From NCBI GenBank assembly GCA_964016885.1, contig OZ024741.1, positions 79,360,001-79,424,000 of the forward strand: a stretch of 64,000 nt of DNA. The letters run 5' to 3'. This stretch comes from Eledone cirrhosa. Taxonomy: Eukaryota. The position numbers were made by a program, and so were the translations under genes. This document shows positions 26,434 to 39,065 of the stretch, in pieces. The notes under the pieces are model-generated. The model worked only from the letters and a program-made list of their open reading frames with translations. It was not told where the DNA came from and ran no database searches. Within the stretch, counting starts at the first letter, position 1; every line of letters starts with the position of its first letter.

Positions 26434-26436
<3 letters not shown>
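26079..26436. mobile_element. Fold-back HHR element in (TA)n
   Basis: Arms ~26079-26141 and ~26285-26344; internal hairpin 26234-26280; terminus followed by (TA)n. Confidence 0.75.
26128..26187 (-). ncRNA. Type I hammerhead ribozyme (complete)
   Basis: ttttat-CTGATGA-aagcgtaccaa..ttggtaccctt-GAAA-tatata-TA-ataaaa. Confidence 0.85.
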
Positions 26437-26487
<51 letters not shown>

Positions 26488-26640
26488 CATATATATGAAA
26501 ATATGGGTGAGAAGAATACTGCTGGTTGCACATGGATAACATGTTATAAAATGAGTCCCTCATCAGTGATTTACCAAACGATCATGGGTATTTCATCGCA
26601 TGTGTGTGAGAAAAACCACAGACCCTCCATCTCAACTCTA

Positions 26641-26676
26641 CTTTTGAAAAGCAGAAGAACTGCGAAACCGGTAAAG
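26641..26676 (+). ncRNA. Minimal type I hammerhead, U3-A8 core variant
   Basis: ctt-TTGAAAA-gcag-aagaa-ctgc-GAAA-ccgg-TA-aag; second copy at 42979-43014. Confidence 0.7.
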
Positions 26677-26808
26677 GAACCGAATAAATGTATATATTTT
26701 TAAAAAAAATAAGACTCCAGTTGCATTTTCGATTTCATCTCTTATTCTTTATACTTTCACTCGTGTAGGACACCTCGGTTATCTTTCAATTTGTAAAAAA
26801 AACCTCAC

Positions 26809-26907
<99 letters not shown>

Positions 26908-26935
26908 TGGTTACACAACAGTTAGTTCACCATAC

Positions 26936-26973
26936 CGGGAACAATTGTTTCACCTTAGCGGATCCTCAGCTCG
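26936..26973 (-). ncRNA. Minimal type I hammerhead at the PLE 3' end
   Basis: cgag-CTGAGGA-tcc-gctaa-ggt-GAAA-caattg-TT-cccg; the copies at 51736 and 52322 read ctcg, which restores stem I. Confidence 0.75.
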
Positions 26974-27307
26974 TAATGGGCATGGTTATAGGAACAGGAG
27001 AGACAACCGTACAAACGCGCATGCGCAGAAACCCGGTCACCGCACGCAGGCAATACTAGAATGCGTGCGAGAGGTGTAAGGGAGATAACTGCGAAAGTCC
27101 GAACATTTTTAGTTGAAAATAAAATTACAAGGAATCAGTCCGGAGCTTTGTAGTTATGCAATAGGTGTTTGGCGACGTGTGGACAACGTGTGAAAAATTC
27201 AAATTCTCGTGTTTAGTCAATCACAATTGCGTAATCTCTTTAGAATAGTTATTCGTTCGTCAATACATAAGCCACACGTCGGATTTCCCCTTGCGTATGG
27301 CTTGGAC

Positions 27308-28453
27308 TTAGTGATGGCTTTCCATTGGATGGAGTAGTCTATACTTGAGTAATTGAGGGACCATACATACATGGCTCGCGAGTTTCGTGGATGAACGTCT
27401 GTCCGGGTACCTGAAGGTAGACTGGTGGTTCAGGAAACGTTCCTTAAATCGGCCCTCCGCCATGCCCACATAGGATTTGACCTCCTGTGGTTCGTTTGGA
27501 CGGTTGGAAGTGACCACAGCTTCATAAGTTACAGCTGGTGTGCTGCATTGCTGTTGAAGGAGGAAAGCTTCGGGATTACGGCAAGAGCCCCCTGGTGGGG
27601 TGTTGCTCCTAAGGCTGCTGGTGATGTGGGCCTTCATGTTCTTAGCGTAGGAGTATCCTAGTTTAACTTTGTGTCGGTTAAAGATGGAGCGGTATTTATG
27701 ACGTATGGGAAAGTGTCTATCTAAGAGGGCTAGACATTTTTTTCCTACATTGGTTTTAACGTTGAGTGAGAAGGGAGGAGAGAACCAGATAGTTTGTCTA
27801 TTGATGCGCTTACTTTTCTTAATGGTGTTGTTGCTAGTAGGAGAGTAGGTGATAGGTTGTGAGAAGCCGCTGTTAGCCAACGCCGTGTTATAGTAGGGTG
27901 CCGCCCTGTCAAAGATAGCCTTATTAGAGGAGAGGTTTGAGATTCTAGTACTGATATTCTTAACGAAGTTTCTAAAAACAGTGGGAGGGTGGCATGTGTC
28001 CTTGTGAATGTAATTGAGTTTCTCGTTTAGCTTATGGAAGGGTCTGTGGGTGTGTGTGCGAAGGTCTAAATTAATGTCTAAGAAATCTACGCTAGAGAGA
28101 TTGGTCGCTACTGTTATTCTAAGTCCTAACTCATTGAAGGTAGAAGCTAATCCTTTTTTAAATCGGTCGAGGTCGTGACCACTTTTATGGCTCGATAAAG
28201 TTAGTCCATCGTCGCGGTATATTCCGGTGTGGAAGTCCGGGAATCTAACACGCAATATGTCTAAGATAAATAGGCCAACGAAGTCACATACGTCAGCACT
28301 GTCAAACGATCCCATGGAGACGTCGAATAGGTCTGAAGTTGTAGACTTCTTTGCCCAGGCTACTCCGTCGTTGAAGAGGAGGGTTTTCCGGCAGTGAGCG
28401 ATGATTTCCCTGTCTAAACCATTGACGGTGGTATAAGTGGTAGTGAAGTCCAA
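27308..28453 (-). pseudogene. PLE RT core, thumb and GIY-YIG (frameshifted segment)
   Basis: ORF-track peptide with YRDD and GIY-YIG motifs; the frame continues upstream to ~28525. Confidence 0.88.
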
Positions 28454-28528
28454 CGCTTTGTTTAACAGGGTCTCTGAGATCGACGGGTAAAAATCGGCAA
28501 TGTCAAACTGTGTGAACTTCGCTTTTTT

Positions 28529-29284
28529 TTATTTTAAGGAGTTAAACCACTTAATTACGGAGTCGCTGTTCTCCCACTGTGGCAGGTTGGACTTGGTCCT
28601 AATGGTCTTAACTATGTTTCTAAGCATGGCCTTACTGACTAGTCCCATATCTGTGCGTGTCGGGTTTATTAGTCTACATGTGGCGTTAGAAGTAAAATCT
28701 ACCTTGTGATCTTTCAGGGTGAGGAACGCCTCTCGCTTAGCTAGAGATTGTAGCTTCTTATCTACCTTAAGGTCGGCGGCAAGTTCCTTGGCTTCTGTAT
28801 TAATGTCGTGGGAGGCCATAGGGTTAGCTTTCTTATATTTAGAAGTAATAGCGTTATGGGCCAGGTGGCGGAAAGTGGTGTTGTCGACATCGTAAATATT
28901 ATTAGTTTTGTCGGAAAGAACGAAGGTGTTATTAGAAGACCTAAATTTCTTAATATCATTTCTGAGTTTCGTTTGAAAGGTGTTAGTGTGTTTGCGGAAG
29001 GAAATGTTAGCGACTAAGTCAAGAAGGTCCGTCTCGAAAGGAGCAAGTTCAGTTACCTTAGGAGGGTAGGCTCTCGATTTCAAGTTGAAGGTGTTGTTGG
29101 TGCCTGTAATTTGGCCATCAAAAGCTAAGGCTCGCCACCTTAAGCGTCTGACGACATCTTCCGCTTTTTGTAGGAGGGGCTTGTGGTAAACATTGTTGGA
29201 GGGAGTTGGAATGTTCTTCAGGGAGTAATCCAGTTCGTATAAACCCATACTGACGTTGATGAGAGGCGAAATTGTGTAGGACAC
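28529..29284 (-). pseudogene. PLE N-terminal region
   Basis: YSLKNIPTP, LSDKTNNIY, LKDHK; the frame breaks in an A-homopolymer at ~28522-28535. Confidence 0.88.
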
Positions 29285-29912
29285 GAGGATATAGAGAGCG
29301 CTCTCAGGCTAGTAAGCCAAACTCGCACTTGGTGAAGAATTTGCTAAAAGCCAAACTTCTACGTAGTGAAGAGAATCTGCTGACCGGTGCTGGAGACGTA
29401 TATAGTGGTGGAACACTTGAAGGCAATATCCGTAGTGGTAGAGCACTCAGTCACTGTCAGACGATCCCATGGAGACGTCGAATAGGTCTGAAGTTGTAGA
29501 CTTTTTTGCCCAGGCTACTCCGTCGTTGAAGAGGAAGGTTTATATATATATATATGTTTGTGTGTTCAAAAGCCAACACTAAATATTACTCGAGAATTTC
29601 ATTTAGAAACACTATTATGAACTCACCTAAACTAGCCAAACTAGAAGAGGTTACACCTTTTGTATTTGGGTGGGTAGCTGCCATATTTTCTTTTCATAAT
29701 ATTGAAAGGAAAACTGAAGACTCTAACTCTGTATTTCATGATAATCAGAAATGTTGATTTAAGAGCAACGATATTGATTATGATAACGAATACATTGCTG
29801 ATAAATATGATAATGAGAATGGTTGTGATACAAGTGTCGTTACATACAGATATCATTACTGTTAATTGTGGTAAAGGTGGTGGTCGTTATAACGATAGCA
29901 ATGATGATGATA

Positions 29913-30363
29913 ATGGTGGTGGTGGTGGTGGTGGTGGTGGTGGTGGTGGTGGTGGTGGTGGTGGTGGTGGTGGTGGTGGTGGTGGTGGTGGTTGTGGTGG
30001 TGGTGGTGGTGGTGGTGATGGTTGTGGTGGTGGTGGTGATGGTGGTAGTAGTGGTGGGGGTGGTAGTGGTGGTGATAGTGGTGGGGGTGGGGGGTAGTGG
30101 TGGTGGTGGTGGTGATGGTGGTGGTGGTGGTGGTGATGGTAGTGGTAGTGGTGGTGGTGGTAGTGGTGGTGATAGTGGTGGTGGTGATAGTGGTGGTGGT
30201 GGTAGTGGTGGTGGTGGTAGTGGTGGTGGTGGTGGTGATGATGGTGGTGATGGTGGTGGTGGTGGATGGTGATGGTTGTGGTGGTTGTGGTGATACTGGT
30301 GGTGGTGGTGGTAGTGGTGGTGATAGTTGTGGTGGTGGTGGTGGTCGTCGTCGTAGTGCTGGT
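29913..30363. repeat. (GGT)n degenerate trinucleotide tract
   Basis: Direct reading. Confidence 0.95.
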
Positions 30364-30744
30364 GACTGCAATCATTAAAATAAATAAATAAGGAAAGAGT
30401 AAATTTAAACTGCAACTACAACAAAAACAATATCTACATCAACAACATTAGTAACAGCCATGGTAATGAAATGAAATGAATCAAGTTAGAAAAGTAAATT
30501 GATAAATCTATTTCTGTAGTTGATAATATCATTTATCAACAGACAATTTTATACAATTAAATAAAGTAAATGAATTTTTTTTTACTCCAAAATAAAATGA
30601 CAAACTATGAATTCTTCTAACAAAACCGATGAATGAAATCATGCAATAAAATTTAGGTATATAACAAGTTATATAAATATACAGTATTTGTATTTGGTCA
30701 GACGTTGTAATGTCAGGCTGTTGATCTTCAGATGTGATACTGGT

Positions 30745-33700
30745 GTAGTTGTGGAGTGGTGGTGGAGTAGGTGGTGGTGTGGTGGTGGAGAGGTGGTGGA
30801 GTGGTGGGGGAGTGATGGGGGAGTGGTGGAGTGGTGGTAGTTGGTGGTGGAGAGGTGGTGGAGTGGTGGTGGAGTGTGTGGTGGAGTATGTGGTGGTGTG
30901 GTGGTTGAGAAGGTGGTGGTGTGGTGGTGGAGTGGGTGGTCGAGTGGATGGTGGAGTGGTGGTGGAGTGGTAGTGGTAGTGGGTGGGGAGTGGTGGAGTG
31001 GTGGAGTGGTGGTAGAGTGGGTGGTGGAGAGGGTGGTGGATGGGTGGTGGAGTGGTGGTGGAGAGGGTGGTGGTGTGGTGGTGGTGTGGTGGTGGAATGG
31101 GTGGCGAGGTGGTGGTGGAGTGGGTGGGGAGCGGGTTGTGGAGTGGTCGTGGAGTGGGTAGTGGAGTGGGTGGTGGAGTGGTCGTGGAGTGGGTGGTGGA
31201 GTGGGTGGTGGAGAGGGTGGTTGAGTGAGTGGTGTTGTGGGTGGTTGAGTGGGTAGTGAGATGGATGGTGAGGTGGCTAATGAAGTGAGTGCTGAGGTGG
31301 TGGTGCAGCGAGTGGTGAGGTGGTTGGTGGAGTGATTGGTAAGTTGGATGGTGAGATGGTGGTGATATAGTGGTAAGATAGTGGTGAGGTGGGTGGTGAT
31401 ATGGGTGGGGAGATGGGTGGTGAGATGGTGGGAGATGGTGGTGAGGTGGTGGTGAGATGGTAGTGAGATGGTGGTGAGATGGTGGTGAGATGGTGGTGAT
31501 ATGGTGGTGAGATGGTGGTGAGGTGGTGGTGAGATGGTGGTGAGATGGGTGGTGAGATGGTGGTGAGGTGGTGGTGAGAGAGTGGGGAGATGGTGGAGAT
31601 ATGGTGGTGAGATGGTGGTGAGATGGTGGTGATATGGTGGTGAGGTGGTGGTGAGATGGTGGTGAGATGGGTGGTGATATCGTGGTGATATGGTGGTGAG
31701 ATGGTGGTGAGATGGGTGGGGAGGTGGTGGTGAGATGGTGGTGAGATGGGTGGTGAGATGGTGGTGATATCGTGGTGAGATGGTGGTGAGATGGTGGTGA
31801 GATGGTGGTGAAATGGTGGTGAGATGGCGGTGAGATGGTGGTGAGATGGGTGGTGAGATGGGTGGGATATCGTGGTGAGATAGTGGTGAGATGGTGGTGA
31901 GATGGTAGTTAGATGGTGGTGAGATGGTGGTGAGATGGTGGTGAGATGGTGGTGAGATGGTGGTGAGATGGTGGTGAGATGGGTGGTGAGATGCTGGTGA
32001 GATGGTGGTGTGGTGGTGGTGAGATGGTGGTGAGATGGTGGTGAAATGGTTGTGAGATGGTGGTGAGATGGTGGTGAGATGGGTGGTGAGATGGGTGGTG
32101 ATATCGTGGTGAGATAGTGGTGAGATGGTGGTGAGATGGTAGTTAGATAGTGGTGAGATGGTGGTGAGATGGTGGTGAGATGGTGGTGAGATGGTGGTGA
32201 GATGGTGGTGAGATGGGTGGTGAGATGCTGGTGAGATGGTGGTGAGGTGGAGGTGAGATGGTGGTGAGATGGTGGTGAGATGGTGGTGAGATGGTGGTGA
32301 GATGGTGGTGAGATGGTTGTGAGATGGTGGTGAGATGGGTGGGGAGGTGGTGGTGAGATGGGTGGTGAGATGGTGGTGAGATGGTGGTGAGATGGCGGTG
32401 AGATCGTGGTGAGATGGTGGTGAGATGGTGGTGAGATGGGTGGTGATATCGTGGTGAGATGGTGGTGAGATGGTGGTGAGATGGTGGTGAGATAATGGTG
32501 AGATGGTGGTGAGATGGTGGTGAGATGGTAGTGAGATGGTGGTGAGATGGTGGTGAGATGGGTGGTGATATCGTGGTGAGATGGTGGTGAGATGGTAGTT
32601 AGATGGTGGTGAGATGGTGGTGAGATGGTGGTGAGATGGTGGTGAGATGGTTGTGAGATGGTGGTGAGATGGGTGGGGAGGTGGTGGTGAGATTGTGGTG
32701 AGATGGTGGTTAGGTGGGTGGTGAGATGGGTGGTGAGATGGTGGTGAGATGGTGGTGAGATGGTGGTGAGGTGGTGGTGAGATGGTGGGGAGATGGTGGA
32801 GATATGGTGGTGAGATGGTGGTGAGATGGGTGGTGATATGGTGGTGAGATGGTGGTGAGATGGTGGTGAGATGGTGGTGAGATGGTGGTGAGATGGTTGT
32901 GAGATGGTGGTGAGATGGGTGGGGAGGTGGTGGTGAGATTGTGGTGAGATGGTGGTTAGGTGGGTGGTGAGATGGGTGGTGAGATGGTGGTGAGATGGTC
33001 GTGAGATGGGTGGTGAGATGGTGGTGAGATGGTGGTGAGATGGTGGTGAGATGGTCGTGAGATGGTCGTGAGATGGGTGGTGATATCGTGGTGAGATGGT
33101 GGTGAGATGGTGGTGAGATGGTGGTGAGATGATGGTGAGATGGTGGTGAGATGGTGGTGAGATGGTAGTGAGATGGTGGTGAGATGGTGGTGAGATGGGT
33201 GGTGATATCGTGGTGAGATGGTGGTGAGATGGTGGTGAGATGGTAGTGAGATGGTGGTGAGATGGTGGTGAGATGGGTGGTGATATCGTGGTGAGATGGT
33301 GGTGAGATGGTGGTGAGATGGTAGTTAGATGGTGGTGAGGTGGTGGTGAGATGGTGGTGCATGGTGTGAGATGGTGGTGAGATGGTCGGTGAGATGGTTG
33401 GTGAGATGGTGGTGAGATGGTGGTGATATGGTGGTGAGATGGTGGTGAGATGGTGGTTGAGATGGTGGTGAGATGGCTGGTGATGGTGGTGAGATGGTGG
33501 TGAGATGTGGTGATGGTTGAGATGGTGGTGAGATGGGTTGTGAGATGGTTGTGAGATGGGTGGGAGGTGGTGGTGAGATTGTGGTGAGATGGTGTGAGAT
33601 GGTGGTGTAGGTGGTGGTGCGATGGTGGTGAGATGGTGGTGAGATGGTGGTGAGATGGTGGTGATATGGTGGTAAGATGGGGTGTGATGGTGGTGAGATG

Positions 33701-35568
33701 GTGGTGAGATGGTCGTGAGATGGGTGGTGAGATGGTGGTGAGATGGTGGTGAGATGGTGGTGAGATGGTCGTGAGATGGTCGTGAGATGGGTGGTGATAT
33801 CGTGGTGAGATGGTGGTGAGATCGGTGGTGAGATGGTGGTGAGATGATGGTGAGATGGTGGTGAGATGGTGGTGAGATGGTAGTGAGATGGTGGTGAGAT
33901 AGGTGGTGAGATGGTGGTGATTCGTGGTGAGATGGTGGTGAGATGGTGGTGAGATGGTAGTGAGATGGTGGTGAGATGGTGGTGAGATGGGTGGTGATAT
34001 CGTGGTGAGATGGTGGTGAGATGGTGGTGAGATGGTAGTAGATGGTGGTGAGGTGGTGGTGAGATGGTGGTGCAATGGTTGTGAGATGGTGGTGAGATGG
34101 TGGTGAGATGGTGGTGAGATGGTGGTGAGATGGGTGGTGATATGGTGGTGAGATGGTGTGCGATGGTGGTGATGGTGTGAGATGGCTGGTGAGATGGTGG
34201 ATGAGGAAGACTGGTGGTGAGCTGGTGGATGCAGATGGTTGTGAGTTGGTGCTAGAGGTTGCTAGGTTGGCTGTGATAGGTGGTGAGTGATGATGGTGTG
34301 AGATGGTGGTGAGATGGGTGAGATGGTGGTGAGATGGTGGTGAGATGGTGGTGAGATGGTGTGGTGAGATGGTTGTGAGATGGTGGTGAGCAGGTGAGTG
34401 TCAGGATGTGATGAGATGGTGAGATGGTGGTGAGATGTAGTGAGAGAGCTGGTGGTGAGATGGTGGTGAGATGGTTGTGAGATGGGTGGTGAGATGGTTG
34501 TGAGCATGTGGTGGGATGGTGTGTGTGATGGTGGTGGTGATGTAGTGGTGTGGCTGAGATGGTGGCTGAGATGGTGGTGAGCATGGTGGTCGAGATGGTG
34601 GTGAGATGCGTGCTGATTAGTGGGAGATGGTGGTGAGCTTGGTGGTGAGGTCTGGTGGTGGTGATGATGGTGAGATGGTGGTGAGCTGGTGGTGATATCG
34701 GTGGTGAGATGTGGTGATCGTGGTGAGATGGTGTGAGATGGTGGTGAGATGGTGGTGAGATGGTGGTGGTGATGTGGGAGGTGAGATGGTGGTTGAGATG
34801 GTGTGAGGATGGTGGTGAGATGGTGTGGTGAGATGGAGTGGTGAGATGGTTGTGAGATGGGTGGGGGTGAGATGGTGGTGAGATTGTGGTGAGATGGTGT
34901 GAGATGGTGTGTGAGGTGGTGGTGGTGGTAGTGAGCTGGTGGTGAGATGGTGGTGAGATGGTGTGTAAGATGGTGGTGAGATGGTGGTGAGATGGTGGTG
35001 AGATGGTGGTGAGATGGTGGTGAGATGGTGGTGAGATGGTGGTGAGATGGTGGTGAGATGGTGGTGATATGGTGGTGAGATGGTGGTGATATCGTGGTGA
35101 GATGGTGGTGAGATGGTGGTGAGATGGTGGTGAGATGGTGGTAAGATGGTGGTGAGATGGTGGTGAGATGGTGGTGAGATGGTGGTGAGATGGTGGTGAG
35201 ATGGGTGGTGAGATGGTTGTGAGATGGGTGGGGAGGTGGTGGTGAGATTGTGGTGAGATGGTGTGAGATGGTGGTGAGGTGGTGGTGAGATGGTGGTGAG
35301 ATGGTGGTGAGATGGTGGTGAGATGGTGGTGATATGGTGGTGAGATGGTGGTGAGATGGTGGTGAGATGGTGGTGAGATGGTGGTGAGATGGTGGTGAGA
35401 TGGTGGTGAGATGGTGGTGAGATGGTTGTGAGATGGGTGGGGAGGTGGTGGTGAGATTGTGGTGAGATGGTGGTGAGATGGTGGTGAGGTGGTGGTGAGA
35501 TGGTGGTGAGATGGTGGTGAGATGGGTGGTGATTTGGATGGTTACCTGGGTGGTGATATGCTGGTGAG
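30745..35568. repeat. G-rich satellite, dominant 11-mer GGTGAGATGGT (from ~31320), preceded by a GGTGGAGT-like zone
   Basis: Direct reading; the long HHHLTTISPPS ORFs are the 33-nt (3 x 11) period artefact. Confidence 0.95.
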
Positions 35569-36048
35569 GAAAGAGTTTGGCTTCTGTAGTTTGCAGGAAA
35601 AAATGAATAATAGTTGGATGCAATTTCTGAAGAGGATAATTGAGCCAAGAGTTTAGCGTGGTGTTGCCTAATGATGGTACCTAAACCTATTAGTAAATGA
35701 ACTAATTATCAAAGATTCAACCAATAATGCTTTAATGACTAGCTCGTGGGTGTGTGCTGTTTCTTCTTTCTACCACTTCTACAGTGGCCTCAGCTCCTCT
35801 GAAATAATTATCTACATATCCTTCCACTAGTGGCAAAATAGCAGAGCTGTCATTACGTCAAATAGAATACTTTGGTGTTATTTTTTCTTCTAGCTCTCTA
35901 GCAATCTGAATTCAAATCCAATTTGAAGGATAAAGCGCAACATGCCCTCAGTATGAAATTAAAGAAGAGAAGTAATAACAACCCGGTAAAGAAGTAATGC
36001 AACTTGTTAATTTATAGGAGCAGCGGCCATTATAGTACCAGTAAATAA

Positions 36049-36241
36049 GGGCAATGGATTGGCAGTATCGGTAGAGCATCAGACACCATTCTTTGCAACC
36101 TAGAGTTATGTCCCTTTACGTTCTGAGTTCAAATGCCGCCGAGATAAGCTTTGCCTTTAATCCCTATGGAGTCGATAAAATAAAGCACCAGTAATGCACT
36201 GGGGTAATTGCTGGCTTTGTGTCAAAAGTAGAAACAATTAT
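36049..36241 (+). mobile_element. tRNA-derived SINE
   Basis: A-box-like TGGCAGTATCGG, B-box GAGTTCAAAT, same family body. Confidence 0.85.
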
Positions 36242-36879
36242 AGTACTAGTAAAGTATACAGTAGAGACACCATTTCTGTAAATCAAGAGTTGTTGTTGTT
36301 TATCCCCAAGTCCTATCTAATTGAGCAGATCTATAATCAAGGACATTTTTGCCGTGACCATCCTGCCATATTTTTATGCAGGGAGCCTAGAAATATATCT
36401 AGCACATCCCTTTCTAAAACAATAAGATGTGATTTGAGGGAGATTTTACTGCTAATTCTAGCAAATCAAGTAACTATGTAGAGGACCCCTTGTAAGCCAA
36501 GGCATTGTAGTATATTGGAGTGGGGTGCTTTACCAATCTGCCTGTCAGAATGTTGGCATACAAATCTGGTTGGCATACAGAATGTCACGGCCGTATCAGA
36601 AGTTGGAGGCCTAGGCAAAGCAAAGCAGAAAAGCGTGTATGGTCCCAATTTCTCAGGTTATTAAACTATTCACATTATGTCTCGACCAGTTTTATCACTG
36701 ATCATCATCAGGGGTGTTATTCATCAGGCTTCACTGACTTAGTGGTCAAGAGAGTTATTTCACTCAATTAAAACATTATGGCCCCCGGTTAGAGAATCCA
36801 GTCAACCACAAAGAAATGATTTTCCAGAAATCGTTGAAAATAGATGCAAAGGGACTTGAAAATTATAATATTCCCTTCA

Positions 36880-37560
36880 GCAATACATCATGTGCATGTC
36901 TATGTCTGGTTGCCAAGCTAGTCTTGTGTCATATGGAAATATTTGATCATTAACAATTTACTGTATAGTAGATCAACATCTTATCATTCAATTTTTTATG
37001 AGCAGGTTTCTTCAAGATTGTATTTTCTGTTAACAAGATCCAAAGCGCTAGCCTCAAATACTAGACTATTTCGTTAGTTATATAAACAGATTCGTGAAAA
37101 GTTTGAATAACTCTTTCTCTACACTAAAGTTCGTTGGTAGGCAAAAAAGATCTTGTTTGAAATGCTTCTTCCAGTTTTATGATACTGTTAATGATTTTTT
37201 ACTTATAAATCATGATACTCTAGCGCAATAAATAGACATTGACATTTTAGAAATATGACATACTTAACTGATATTTAAGACAAGATGAACAGTTTGAATT
37301 GGCAGTTACAAGAGAACAGTTTTAATTTGATGCACACAAAGAGTTCAGTCGACAGTTTTATAACTAAAATTAAATTGTACGAGCAAAACCTTGTCAGAAG
37401 GGTGTGCTGTCAGTTTCCATCTACGATAAGTATTTCGCAATTATTTACAGATACTCTGAGGGCCAACTATGCTCATCTAGAACAATTGAAGGATGGTTTC
37501 AAGACAAGATTTAAATATATTATATTGCAGATTTGTGACTGGATACAAAATGGAACAAAG
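36880..37560 (+). mobile_element. hAT (Buster/Charlie-type) transposase remnant
   Basis: Manual translation LHTKVRW and DKMNSLNWQLQ..FITKIKLY resembles Buster/GTF2IRD2-like transposases; many stops. Confidence 0.55.
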
Positions 37561-37584
37561 AATTGAATTGAGTAATACCGTGAT

Positions 37585-37705
37585 TGATAAAATGCTTTGC
37601 TGTAATCGTTCCAGCTCTCTGCGTTCTGAGTTCAAATCCTGCAATGGTCAACTTTCCTTCTTTCGAGGTTGATAAATAAAGTGCCAGTCCAGCACTGGGA
37701 TCGAT
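37585..37705 (+). mobile_element. Diverged SINE copy
   Basis: CGTTCTGAGTTCAAATCC...GATAAATAAAGTGCCAGT. Confidence 0.6.
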
Positions 37706-38636
37706 TCTTTGTCTATATTTCTTTCTCACTTCATCTCTCTCTTACACACCTCTCCCCTTCTCCCCCTCTCCCCCTCTCTCTTTCTCTCTCTCTCTCTGGA
37801 AGACCATCAAATTTAGAGGAAAAGGAAAGTTGACTAGTACTTTATTTTATTGACATCAGAAGGTACTTTATTTTATAGACCTCAGAAGAATGAAAAGCAA
37901 AGGTGACCTTTAATGCTGCTGAGGTCGATAAAACAAAGTACAAGTCAAATAATAAGGTTGATTTAATCAACTATACTCTTCCTCCAAATGTTCTGGTGTT
38001 TCACCAAAATCAGAAATCAATATGATTTACCTCCCAACTCCTTCATGACACAAAATTCTCTTTGGTCCTAGAGGCACAACATGGCAACAGAGCAACGTCT
38101 CTCTCTATAAAGATGCTTAGAGGTGCGGTTACTATATTATTCTCAGGCTGTCTTCAAGACACCATATTGTTTGGGAGTTGCTTAGCTAGAAATTGAGGCT
38201 GTTTTCATAATTGTAGGGGGAAGGGTTATTTGCCAAGCTATTTATCCTAAAAGGGTTACTACTGTAACTGTAGTAATCTACCTTAAAGTAAGGGTTTTTG
38301 ACACTGTCATTGTGCTAATAGATGGTTCCATTAGGAAGGAGTTATTATATTAGTTTACTGTGACGTATATATATATAAGAGAGTGTTGAAGTTTGCTTGT
38401 ACGCACACGGCAAACGGCATAACTTCTTCCTCTCGGAAAACCCCCAGTTGATGGATGCGAAATCCGAAATATAGGGACAATTAAATCACTTTCAAAGTAA
38501 CTCTATCTCGTGTTATTACTTTTCCTACGTTCCTTTACGCTTTCTACGTCTCTTTCTACGCTTCCTCTTACATTTCTCTCTCATTATCACCTGATACTGT
38601 TACCCGGAGAGAGAGAGAAGCGGAGAGAGAGAGAGA

Positions 38637-38727
<91 letters not shown>

Positions 38728-38927
38728 AGTAAGGTTACGTAGATGCGTCCATAGGCGATATACCAGTTGAGCAGACAGAACATTTGCTTCGAAGTCGCTA
38801 GACGTATTTGAGGAACTTGCCGATCCAGAGTCAGGTTCGATCCACAAATAGATCGTACCTCGTCGGAGAAACAATTGTAATACATTAATAAATTGTGTTT
38901 CAATGCATCACTGATTCTTTGTTTTCC

Positions 38928-38967
<40 letters not shown>

Positions 38968-39030
38968 TAGGGTTGGTGCTCTGAAATAGCGATGTATACA
39001 TTCATATATATATATATATAATATATATAT

Positions 39031-39064
<34 letters not shown>

Positions 39065-39065
<1 letters not shown>

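Larger units (their letters stand above)
26905..29540 (-). mobile_element. Near full-length Penelope-like element (Naiad-type), between (TA)n tracts
   Basis: YSLKNIP, LRWRA, LKDHK..CRLINP, QFDIADFYPSI, MGSFDSADVCD, YRDD and GIY-YIG (VTYEAVV..YVGMAEGRFKER); a few frameshifts; 3' HHR. Confidence 0.92.

Noticed and set aside
30669-35648. Very long His/Pro/Thr-rich ORFs (up to 932 aa)
   Set aside because: Translation of the C-rich strand of an 11-mer satellite whose unit lacks stop codons; open in several frames
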